Shown: positions 15,401 to 22,700 of the stretch, in pieces | Numbering within the stretch: the stretch's first letter is position 1 | How the letters are laid out: every line of letters starts with the position of its first letter | Origin: Acidimicrobiia bacterium | Lineage (GTDB): Bacteria; Actinomycetota; Acidimicrobiia; Spongiisociales; UBA5794 | Reading direction: 5' to 3' | DNA length: 57,016 nucleotides | Assembly: GCA_030064765.1 (NCBI GenBank) | Contig: JASJEG010000002.1 | Span: 1-57,016 of the forward strand | Notes under the pieces: model-generated | Told to the model about the DNA's origin: nothing | What the model saw: the letters and a program-made list of their open reading frames with translations, nothing else | The model's database searches: none | Position numbers and translations under genes: made by a program

Positions 15401-17389
15401 GAACGCGAGGAGCGCGCTGCCGAGGCGGAGCGGTCCGCCAAGCAACGGCTGCGGCTCCTCAGCGTTGTGGGTGGTGCTGCAGTCATCGTGGCACTGCTCG
15501 CGGTCTTCGCCTTTGTGCAGCGTCAAGCGGCTCGCGACTCAGAGGCTGAGGCCGTGGCGGCGGAGGCCGAGGCCATTGTGGCTCGCGATCGTGCCGTGGC
15601 AGCCGAGGAAGAGGCGCGGGCAGCCGAGGATGAAGCCCGTGCGGCCGAAGCCACCGTCGAGCAGTCGCGGCGCTCCCTGGCACTGGCCAGCGAAGCCAAC
15701 CGTTCGCTCGATGAAGACCCGGCGCTTTCGCTGTTGCTCGCTATCGAAGCGGCTCGGGCCACCGCCTCGAGTGGTTTCGCCACGCCCGAGGCAGTCGATT
15801 CGCTGCACTGGGCTCTCCATGCCAATGGGGTCGTGTACCCGGCCGACGCTTCGACCCCGGTGGCGGTTCGCGGCGGTCCGCAAGGAGTCACCGGAGTGTT
15901 CGCCCTCCCGCCCTCCGAGTTGACCGCGGTTGCGGCGGCTGCGACAGAACGCACATTCTCTGAGGCAGACTGCCTGAGGTTCTTCCCAGGCGAGCCGTGT
16001 CCGGATCCGTCGGTTCCTTTGCCCGCAGGGCTTGGCATCTTTGGTGGTGATGAAGCTTACGGTGTGACCGCCAACGGGCCGGGGGCCTTGGATGGGACGA
16101 GTGTTTCCCTTGCTGCGCCTTTCGACACCAGCGATCAGGACAAGGGTCTGGTCGGGGAGCTCGAGAGATTTGAGGAGCAGTCGGGCGTCAGCGTTTCGTT
16201 TATTCCAACGGCTACCGAAGCTGAAATCAGTCGTCGTAGAGCAGACGGGGACCCGCTGCCCGACCTAGGGGTATGGCCTCAGCCGGGGGCCCTAGTGACC
16301 GGCGCCGGAGACGGCTACGTGCTTGCTCTGTCCAGCTACCTGAATCAAGACGACCTTCACGCCACGTACGGCGAGTATCTGAGCAGCCTGGTGACCGTGG
16401 GCGTCGATGGCGAATGGCCGGCGGCGACCGGCGAGTTGTATGGGGTTCCTGTCGACGTTGACGTCAAGGGCCTCGTGTACTACCCGCGGGCAGCCTTTGA
16501 GCGAGCCGGGTACTCCGAGCCGGAAACGTGGGACGAGTTGATGGCCTTGTCTCGTCAGATGGTGGAGGATGGCACAACGCCCTGGTGTGTGGCCTTTGAG
16601 TCTGAAGTAGCGAGTGGCTGGCCCGGTACCGACTGGATCGAGAGCCTCGTGCTACGGGCCAACAACGATCTCTCGGTCTACGAGGATTGGAGCCTCCATA
16701 GGATTGCGTTCAATGATCCGCGTGTTACCGCTGCCACTGAGCTGGTCGACGACGTCATGTCAACGCCTGGGTTCATACGCGGCGGCAGGGGAGCGATCAG
16801 CAGGCTCAATTTCATTGTTCACGGACTTCTTCCGATGCTCGGTGACCAACCAGAATGCTGGTTCCACCACCAGGCTGACTTCATGCTGAGCACGGTTCCC
16901 GTTGACACTGAGCTGGGCAGCGAACTCGATTTCTTCGTGCTTCCTCCGGTTGACCCTGACCGACCGACCCCCATAAGCGGCGGCGGTGGCGTGCTGGGTG
17001 TCATGGCTGATCGGCCGGAAGTCCGGGCGTTTGTCCAATATGCCGCATCCCCCGAGTGGGGCGAGGTGTGGGCTGCGGATGCCACCGCCAACTTCTTGTC
17101 ACCGAGTCTTCTGTTTGACGTTTCCGCCTATGGAACGGAGGCCAACGAGTCCGAGCGCGCCGCAAGAGTCGCTCTGGGGACGGTGGCAAGAGATGCGATC
17201 GCAGCCGGGGTGTGGCGGTTCGACGCCAGCGACTTGATGCCGGCGGAAATCGGCGCCGCGACGAGCGAGGGCGCCGGCGCCTTCTGGCGAGGCATGCTCG
17301 ACTACGTCGACGGGGTCCGCACCATGGGCCAGGTCCTCTCCGACATCGATGCGGCCTGGGTGGCACTCGAGGAAGCAGACGGGGGCTAG
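12473..17389 (+). CDS. Giant membrane-spanning regulator, paralog 1: SARP wHTH + BTAD / Ser-Thr kinase / STAND P-loop NTPase / TM helix / extracytoplasmic family-1 solute-binding domain
   Basis: Start GTG 12473 after ggaaggagaggga, homologous to the ATG of paralogs 2 and 3. SARP/BTAD ~12473-13213 (ALWVHISGLRTALEP, SPGYLLQV, ALALWRGRAYEDF, AMLALYRSGRQAEAL). Kinase ~13289-14014 (GEGAFGVVY, VAIKVI, HGDIKPEN 13652-75, DFA 13712-20, APE). NTPase from ~14060 (NPYNGLRPF, GPSGSGKSS 14198-, LLLVIDQFEELF, LRADFYDRPL, PLLQYTLTELF). TM 15455-15517. SBP-like domain ~16080-17386 (KGLVYYPRAAFERAGY, TWDELMALSRQMVEDGTTPWCVAFES, GWPGTDWIESL). Confidence 0.9.
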   Translation: MQYRLLGKFEVERNGELVDIGSFRQRAALAFLLKTPNTIVSTDQIIDAVWGDDAAADRQNALWVHISGLRTALEPDRERRTEGSVLLTRSPGYLLQVNPDEIDTVHFERLVAEGRALLDADPAAASLALGEALALWRGRAYEDFAYEDFAASEIARLEELRLEAVEARIDADLRRGMSRELVSELESLVREHPLRERLTGQAMLALYRSGRQAEALRSYQFLKARLGDELGIEPSAQIRKLEEQIVVGDPELEPATTLHLPGTGPEPGLAVRGYELREKLGEGAFGVVYRAYQPVVGREVAIKVIRPELANDPVFIRRFEGEAQLVARLEHPHIVPLYDYWREPGAAYLVLRLMGRGSLRDVVESTALSSDEAVRIVQQIAGALETAHRSGVAHGDIKPENILLDGEGNAFLSDFAIAVGGRRHSGTDAGGAAEPPYAAPEHVADGGASPAGDIYSLGVVLAQALTGLEGELAQIRGALPQGLAQVIDQATDADPRARYAYPGAFADAVVEELAGADHVAPEEAAALVEAENPYNGLRPFSQVDASRFYGRGRVIDRLVTRLGEPGSRGRFVAVVGPSGSGKSSVVRAGLLPALSKGALPSSDMWFVAELTPAPHPFEELDNALTGIAVDPSTTLLEQLASEPTGLRRAVRQLLPEGSQLLLVIDQFEELFTQVDQETADRFIDSLVDAVTGEHSNIRIVVTLRADFYDRPLRHRTLGELLREGTEVITPMSPEELERAITAPAGAVGVTFEPAVVAELIREVADRIGALPLLQYTLTELFDGRSSAAIPLSDYQAVGGISGALVRRAEGLLAGLGSQAQDATRQLFLRLVTLGEGTEDTRRRVLLAELRDLPVDPQDLDQVLDTFGRHRMISFDRDPITRGPTAEISHEALLIQWTRLHNWIDGARHDVRNQRRLAQAMAEWQGVNRADDYLLRGGRLDQLSGWAATTSVPLSVPEREFLTASLEERDRVEREQREREERAAEAERSAKQRLRLLSVVGGAAVIVALLAVFAFVQRQAARDSEAEAVAAEAEAIVARDRAVAAEEEARAAEDEARAAEATVEQSRRSLALASEANRSLDEDPALSLLLAIEAARATASSGFATPEAVDSLHWALHANGVVYPADASTPVAVRGGPQGVTGVFALPPSELTAVAAAATERTFSEADCLRFFPGEPCPDPSVPLPAGLGIFGGDEAYGVTANGPGALDGTSVSLAAPFDTSDQDKGLVGELERFEEQSGVSVSFIPTATEAEISRRRADGDPLPDLGVWPQPGALVTGAGDGYVLALSSYLNQDDLHATYGEYLSSLVTVGVDGEWPAATGELYGVPVDVDVKGLVYYPRAAFERAGYSEPETWDELMALSRQMVEDGTTPWCVAFESEVASGWPGTDWIESLVLRANNDLSVYEDWSLHRIAFNDPRVTAATELVDDVMSTPGFIRGGRGAISRLNFIVHGLLPMLGDQPECWFHHQADFMLSTVPVDTELGSELDFFVLPPVDPDRPTPISGGGGVLGVMADRPEVRAFVQYAASPEWGEVWAADATANFLSPSLLFDVSAYGTEANESERAARVALGTVARDAIAAGVWRFDASDLMPAEIGAATSEGAGAFWRGMLDYVDGVRTMGQVLSDIDAAWVALEEADGG
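15455..15517 (+). other. Predicted single transmembrane helix of paralog 1
   Basis: LLSVVGGAAVIVALLAVFAFV (21 hydrophobic aa). It is preceded by ERSAKQRLR (positive-inside) and followed by QRQAARDSEAE. Confidence 0.75.
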
Positions 17390-17391
17390 GA

Positions 17392-17419
17392 GCCGTCCGG
17401 CTCGCGCAGGAACGGAGGG
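17392..17419 (+). repeat. Decayed remnant of the palindromic repeat downstream of paralog 1
   Basis: gccgtccggctcgCGCAgGAACGGAGGG retains the 3' tail (compare copy B ...ACGCAAGAACGGAGGGG), but the 5' stem arm is lost. Confidence 0.3.
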
Positions 17420-17520
17420 ACAACCCTCGAGTGCGCGCTGTTGTGTCATCCGCCGACTCATTGGCTTGGCAACTTGCGTGCGTACCTCTGCCCTGGCGGT
17501 TTTGGCTGGCGCGAACCTCC

Positions 17521-17539
17521 CCTTAAGTTGTTGCTAAGT
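17521..17539 (+). promoter_or_regulatory. Candidate SARP box upstream of paralog 2
   Basis: CCTTAAGTtgttgCTAAGT with 11-bp phasing, about 65 nt upstream of ATG 17604. It is followed by the conserved leader gcATAGGGTTGGAAGAGGGTgcc. Confidence 0.55.
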
Positions 17540-17603
17540 CCGGTAGGTCAAGGTGAGGTACCGAATTCAGGACGGCGCGCATAGGGTTGGAAGAGGGTGC
17601 CAA

Positions 17604-20600
17604 ATGCAGTACCGGGTCTTGGGCAAGTTTGAGGTCAGCCGGGACGGGGTGCCGGTTGATGTCGGTAGCTACCGGCAGAAGTCGTTGCTGGCTTTCCTAC
17701 TGACCACGCCGAACAAGGTCATCTCCACAGATCGGATCATCGATGCGTTGTGGGGCGACGAAACAGCGTCGGATCGTCAGAACGCCCTTTGGGTGCACAT
17801 CTCTGGATTGCGCAAAGCACTCGAGCCAGAACGAGAGAAACGTTCGGAAGGAACCATTCTGCTCACCCGTGCTCCGGGCTACCTCGTCCAGGTCGAGCCC
17901 CACGAGGTCGATGCGCTGCAGTTCGAGCGATTGGCGGCTGAGGGGCGCGCTCTCGCCGACACCGATCCCGCCGCAGCGTCACTCGTGCTCGGCGAGGCGT
18001 TGGCCTTGTGGCAGGGTCGGGCGTACGAGGACTTCACCTATGAGGCCTTTGCGGCAGCGGAGATCGCCCGGCTCGAGGAATTACGGCTGGCGACCGTGGA
18101 GGATCGGATCGATGCCGATCTGCAGCGCGGGATGTCCCGGGAGTTGGTGTCTGAGCTGGAGAGCCTGATCCGCCAATATCCGCTCAGGGAGCGCCTCACC
18201 GGGCAGGCCATGCTTGCGCTCTATCGCTCGGGACGGCAGGCAGAAGCTCTCCGGCTCTACCAGTTTCTCAAGTCTCGGTTGGGTGAGGAGCTAGGAATCG
18301 AGCCTTCCAGCAGGATCTCCAGACTGGAGGAGCAAATTGTGACCGGAGATCCTGCGCTCGAGGCCGCCTCGACCCTGCAACTTCCCGGGTCGGGTCCCGA
18401 GCCGGGTCTTGCAGTTCGCGGCTATGAGCTGCGCGAGCAACTCGGCGAGGGCGGCTCCGGCGTCGTCTACCGGGCGTATCAACCGGTGATGGGGCGCGAG
18501 GTGGCGATCAAGGTCATTCGACCCGAGCTTGCCAATGATCCTGTCTTCATCCGCCGGTTCGAGGCCGAGGCGCAGCTGGTAGCCCGGCTCGAGCACCCTC
18601 ACATCGTCCCGCTCTACGACTACTGGCGCGAGCCGGATGCGGCGTATTTGGCGATGCAGCTGATGGGTCGCGGGAGTCTGCGGGACGTCATCGAGGACAC
18701 CGCTCTGACACACGATGCCGCAGCCAGGGTGGTCGAGCAGATTTCTGGAGCGTTGGCAACAGCACACCGGGCCGGGGTAGCCCATGGAGACATCAAGCCG
18801 GAGAACATCCTCATCGATGGTGCCGGCAACGCCTTTCTTTCAGACTTCGCCATCGCCATCGACGCGAGGCAGCGCGTCGGTACGGGGGGACCGGATCGAA
18901 CCCTGCAAGCCCCTTACGCATCCCCCGAACAGTTGAGTGACGGGGCCGCATCACCGGTGGGAGACATTCACAGCTTGGGCGCTGTGATGGCGCAGGCCCT
19001 AACCGGCCTCGACGCCGCGCCCGCCCAGATACGAGGGGCGCTTCCACCGGCGGTGGCGCGCGTTATCGACAAAGCGACTGACCCTGACCCCGCTTCCAGG
19101 TACGAGGATGTGGCGGCCTTTGCCAGTGATCTATTGAAGGAACTCGTGGGCGACGAGCAGCCTGCGAGGCTCGCCGAGGTTGGCGACGTGGAGAACCCGT
19201 ATCGGGGTCTACGGCCTTTTGAGCAGACCGATGCGGACCAGTTCTACGGCCGCGAACGATTGGTCGAGCGGCTGCTCGCCCATCTTGGCGAGAAGGGCTC
19301 CCGAGGGCGTTTCGTTGCCGTCGTCGGTCCCAGCGGAAGCGGCAAGTCGAGTGTCGTCAAAGCCGGGCTGCTCCCTGCTCTGCGGAAAGGGGCCCTCCCC
19401 GCTTCCGACGAGTGGTTCGTTGTTGACATGACTCCGGCGCCGCATCCGTTCGAGGAACTCGAAGGTGCAATGAGGCGGATTGCAGTCGATCCGCCCCCAA
19501 CTCTGCTCGAGCAGCTGGCCGGAAACGACGCTGGTCTGCGTCGCATCGTCCGGCAGGTGCTTCCGGAGGGGTCGCAGTTGCTGTTGGTTGTTGATCAGTT
19601 CGAGGAGCTCTTCACCCAGGTGGATGAGGACACCGCCGATCGGTTCCTCGATGCTCTGGTTGACGCGGTTACCAATGCCCACTCCAACATCCGCGTGGTC
19701 GCGACGCTGCGAGCCGACTTCTACGATCGCCCGCTCCGGCATCGCGGCCTTGGTGAGCTGCTCCGAGAGGGGACTGAGGTGATCACACCAATGTCACCGG
19801 AGGAGCTGGAGCAAGCGATCACCCGGCCGGCCCACAGTGTTGGAGTGATGTTCGAGCCTGCACTGGTCGCCCAGCTCGTGACTGATGTCGCAGAGCGGCC
19901 CGGGGCGCTTCCGCTGCTGCAGTACACGCTCACGGAGCTGTTCGAGGGCCGTACCTCGCCCACCATTCCGTTGGGCGACTATCACTCCCTGGGGGGTGTC
20001 TCCGGTGCACTGGTGTCCCGAGCCGACGGATTGCTGGCCGGGCTCAGTCCAACTGCGGCCGATGCTGCCCGCGAGGTTCTTTTGCGTCTGGTGACTCTCG
20101 GCGAAGGCGCCGAAGATACGCGACGACGAGTTCTCGTTGCGGAGCTTCGTCAACTGGCGGTCGCGTCGCAAGACCTCGATCGGGTTCTTGATACGTTTGG
20201 GCGTCATCGGTTACTCAGTTTCGATCGCGATCCGGTCACCCGGGGTCCGACCGTTGAGATCTCACACGAGGCGCTGCTGACGCAGTGGATACGGCTGCGG
20301 GATTGGGTCGACGAAGCCCGGCACGATGTTCGCAATCAGCGCCGGCTGGCGCAGGCAATGAACGAATGGGACGCGGCCGGCCGCAGTGCCGACTACCTGC
20401 TGCGCGGCGGTCAGCTCGACCAGCTCGCTGGCTGGGCGGCGGTGACGTCTCTGCCGCTGAGCGACCCGGAGAGCGAGTTCCTCACCGCCAGCATTGTCGA
20501 ACGCGAGAGAGCCGCGAGTGAGCAGCGCGAGCAGGAAGAACGGACAACCGAGGCCGAGCGACGTGCCCGGCAGCGCCTCCGCCTGCTCAGCGTCGTTGGC

Positions 20601-22484
20601 ATCGCTGCCGTAGTTGTTGCGGTGCTGGCGGTATTTGCGTTTGTGCAACGGCAGGCAGCGCGCGACTCGGAAGCCGAGACACAGGTGGCGCTCGACCGCG
20701 CCGTTGTTGCCGAAGGAGAAGCTCGCGTAGCGGAAGAAGAGGCTGCCCGTCTGTTGCGTGCGTCGACCCTGGCGACCAAGGCCAACCTGAATCTCGACGC
20801 AAACCCCGAGTTGTCGCTGCTGCTTGCAGTGGAAGCTGCGCGTACAACGGCCGACTGGGGATTTGTCACGCCCGAGGCGGTCGATGCGCTGCACTGGGCG
20901 CTTCAGGTCAACCAACTTGTATATCCGGCAACGGGTGAGACAAACGTCGCCGTGCGCCCAGGGCCACTCGGTACCGTGGGTGTGTTTGCGCTAGAGCCCG
21001 ATCGGCTCGCCGAGCTGGCTTCCTCGGCAGCTGGGCGCTCGTTCACCGCGGACGAGTGTGCGCAGTACTTTCCCGATAACCCTTGTCCCGATTCGTCGCA
21101 GCCGCTTTCCGCCGGGCTGAGCATTCTTGGCGGCGAACAGGCCTACGGCGTAGTGCCCAACGCGCCCGGGGCGCTGGAAGGCACTTCGATGACGCTGGCG
21201 GGTAGTTGGGCGGAGATGGAAGGGCTGAGCAACGAACTGGAGCATTTCGAGCAGGTGACAAGTATCGACATCGGCTACGAGGATCGGTCTGCTACCCCGG
21301 GGTGGCTTGGCAAGAATGTCGGTGCGGGCAAGAGACTTCCTGAGCTCGCCCAAATGCCGCAACCTGGAGCTGTTGCCTATGCGGCTTTGCAAGGCTGGCT
21401 CATCGACCTCACGTCATATGTCACCCCGGAACGCGTCGCTGACGTTTCGGGAACCTTCCTGGCGTCCCTGGTACGAATCGGCGATAACGGTCAGTGGCCG
21501 GATCCCAGCGGGTCGGTCTACTCAATTCCGGTCGATATCGACGTCAAAGGTCTTGTGTATTACCCCCGTGCCAAGTTCGAGGAGGCCGGGTACCGGGTAC
21601 CCGAGACCTGGAATGAGCTAATGGCTCTTTCCGAGCAGATGGTGGTCGACGGCCATACCCCGTGGTGTGTCGCATTCCAGTCGCCAGGTGGCGCCAGTGG
21701 CTGGCCCGGTACCGACTGGCTCGAGAGTCTGCTCATCCGGGCTGGAGGTATCGACATCTACCAGCAGTGGACGTTGCACCAGATTCCCTTCGATGATCCG
21801 GCCATCGTGGCTGCAGCATCGATGTTCGACGCAGTTGTTGGTGGAGAGGGCTTCGTCCGCGGCGGTCGGGGTCTGATCAGCCAGTTGAACTGGGGTGTCG
21901 AAGTTGTCGACCCTCTTCTGAAGGACGAGCCACAGTGCTGGCTGGCTCTCAGAAGTGACTACCTGCTGGGCTTCATGCCGGCTGGGACGGAGATCGGCGT
22001 CGACGTCGATTTCTTCGAACTGCCGCCCACTGAAGCCGGCGTTGCCGTACCCGCAACCGGCGGTGGCAGTTTCATCGGAGCGACGGTTGATCGTCCGGAG
22101 GTGCGGGCCTTCATTGAACATGCGCTCACTGCTGAATGGGGAGAGGCATGGGCGGCGGCCGCCGATTCGGAGTTCATTTCCCCGAACCTCGAGTTTGACG
22201 TAGATCACTACGGCGCAGATGTCACAGAATCTGAACGCAGAGTACGACGAGCCCTCGGATCCCTTGCCCGCGACCGGCTGGCAGCAGATCTGTGGCGGTT
22301 CGATGCCAGCGACCTGATGCCGCCGGCGATCGGCTCGGCCACGCCTGCCGGACGCGGTGCCTTCTGGCAGGGCATGCTGGATTACGTCGACGGGTTGCGC
22401 ACCATGGATCAAGTGCTCTCCGACATCGAAGCTGCATGGGTGGCGCTCGAGGAGGAAGCCGCCGAGGAGGCCGGCGGGACCTAG
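17604..22484 (+). CDS. Giant membrane-spanning regulator, paralog 2 (same five-module architecture)
   Basis: Start ATG 17604 (MQYRVLGKFEV). The upstream 17 codons of the ORF track lie in the promoter/leader region. The motifs of paralog 1 are conserved: HGDIKPEN, SDFAIA, GPSGSGKSS, LLLVVDQFEELF. TM 20583-20645. SBP-like C-terminus (KGLVYYPRAKFEEAGY, TPWCVAFQS, GWPGTDWLESL). Confidence 0.9.
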   Translation: MQYRVLGKFEVSRDGVPVDVGSYRQKSLLAFLLTTPNKVISTDRIIDALWGDETASDRQNALWVHISGLRKALEPEREKRSEGTILLTRAPGYLVQVEPHEVDALQFERLAAEGRALADTDPAAASLVLGEALALWQGRAYEDFTYEAFAAAEIARLEELRLATVEDRIDADLQRGMSRELVSELESLIRQYPLRERLTGQAMLALYRSGRQAEALRLYQFLKSRLGEELGIEPSSRISRLEEQIVTGDPALEAASTLQLPGSGPEPGLAVRGYELREQLGEGGSGVVYRAYQPVMGREVAIKVIRPELANDPVFIRRFEAEAQLVARLEHPHIVPLYDYWREPDAAYLAMQLMGRGSLRDVIEDTALTHDAAARVVEQISGALATAHRAGVAHGDIKPENILIDGAGNAFLSDFAIAIDARQRVGTGGPDRTLQAPYASPEQLSDGAASPVGDIHSLGAVMAQALTGLDAAPAQIRGALPPAVARVIDKATDPDPASRYEDVAAFASDLLKELVGDEQPARLAEVGDVENPYRGLRPFEQTDADQFYGRERLVERLLAHLGEKGSRGRFVAVVGPSGSGKSSVVKAGLLPALRKGALPASDEWFVVDMTPAPHPFEELEGAMRRIAVDPPPTLLEQLAGNDAGLRRIVRQVLPEGSQLLLVVDQFEELFTQVDEDTADRFLDALVDAVTNAHSNIRVVATLRADFYDRPLRHRGLGELLREGTEVITPMSPEELEQAITRPAHSVGVMFEPALVAQLVTDVAERPGALPLLQYTLTELFEGRTSPTIPLGDYHSLGGVSGALVSRADGLLAGLSPTAADAAREVLLRLVTLGEGAEDTRRRVLVAELRQLAVASQDLDRVLDTFGRHRLLSFDRDPVTRGPTVEISHEALLTQWIRLRDWVDEARHDVRNQRRLAQAMNEWDAAGRSADYLLRGGQLDQLAGWAAVTSLPLSDPESEFLTASIVERERAASEQREQEERTTEAERRARQRLRLLSVVGIAAVVVAVLAVFAFVQRQAARDSEAETQVALDRAVVAEGEARVAEEEAARLLRASTLATKANLNLDANPELSLLLAVEAARTTADWGFVTPEAVDALHWALQVNQLVYPATGETNVAVRPGPLGTVGVFALEPDRLAELASSAAGRSFTADECAQYFPDNPCPDSSQPLSAGLSILGGEQAYGVVPNAPGALEGTSMTLAGSWAEMEGLSNELEHFEQVTSIDIGYEDRSATPGWLGKNVGAGKRLPELAQMPQPGAVAYAALQGWLIDLTSYVTPERVADVSGTFLASLVRIGDNGQWPDPSGSVYSIPVDIDVKGLVYYPRAKFEEAGYRVPETWNELMALSEQMVVDGHTPWCVAFQSPGGASGWPGTDWLESLLIRAGGIDIYQQWTLHQIPFDDPAIVAAASMFDAVVGGEGFVRGGRGLISQLNWGVEVVDPLLKDEPQCWLALRSDYLLGFMPAGTEIGVDVDFFELPPTEAGVAVPATGGGSFIGATVDRPEVRAFIEHALTAEWGEAWAAAADSEFISPNLEFDVDHYGADVTESERRVRRALGSLARDRLAADLWRFDASDLMPPAIGSATPAGRGAFWQGMLDYVDGLRTMDQVLSDIEAAWVALEEEAAEEAGGT
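20583..20645 (+). other. Predicted single transmembrane helix of paralog 2
   Basis: LLSVVGIAAVVVAVLAVFAFV, flanked by RRARQRLR on the N side and QRQAARDSEAE on the C side. Confidence 0.75.
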
Positions 22485-22495
22485 CGCGCCCCGCC

Positions 22496-22556
22496 TTGCC
22501 CATTCCGGCGTAGCTGGCGGCCTATATGAGCCGCCAGTTACGCAAGAACGGAGGGG
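22496..22556 (+). repeat. Palindromic intergenic repeat, copy B
   Basis: ttgcccattccgGCGTAGCTGGCGGCctatatgaGCCGCCAGTTACGCAAGAACGGAGGGG. 14-bp stem (22508-21 / 22530-43, one G:U), starting 12 nt after the paralog 2 stop. Confidence 0.8.
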
Positions 22557-22615
22557 TTCCGGGTTTCTCGTGCAGATCCGTTTCATGGCTGACTCCTCCG
22601 GTCCACCGGCGGTCT

Positions 22616-22634
22616 ACTTAAGTCGTGGCTAAGT
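22616..22634 (+). promoter_or_regulatory. Candidate SARP box upstream of paralog 3
   Basis: ACTTAAGTcgtggCTAAGT with 11-bp phasing, about 67 nt upstream of ATG 22701. The same conserved leader gcATAGGGTTGGAAGAGGGTtcc follows. Confidence 0.55.
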
Positions 22635-22700
22635 CCGATTGTTCAAGGTGGGGACTATCCGAACGAAGACGGACGGCATAGGGTTGGAAGAGGGTTCCAG

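Noticed and set aside
21618-22586. 322-aa minus-strand ORF and many 60-270-aa ORFs on both strands inside the three giant genes
   Set aside because: All overlap the long, motif-rich, mutually homologous + strand frames. None is conserved as an ORF across the three repeat units.
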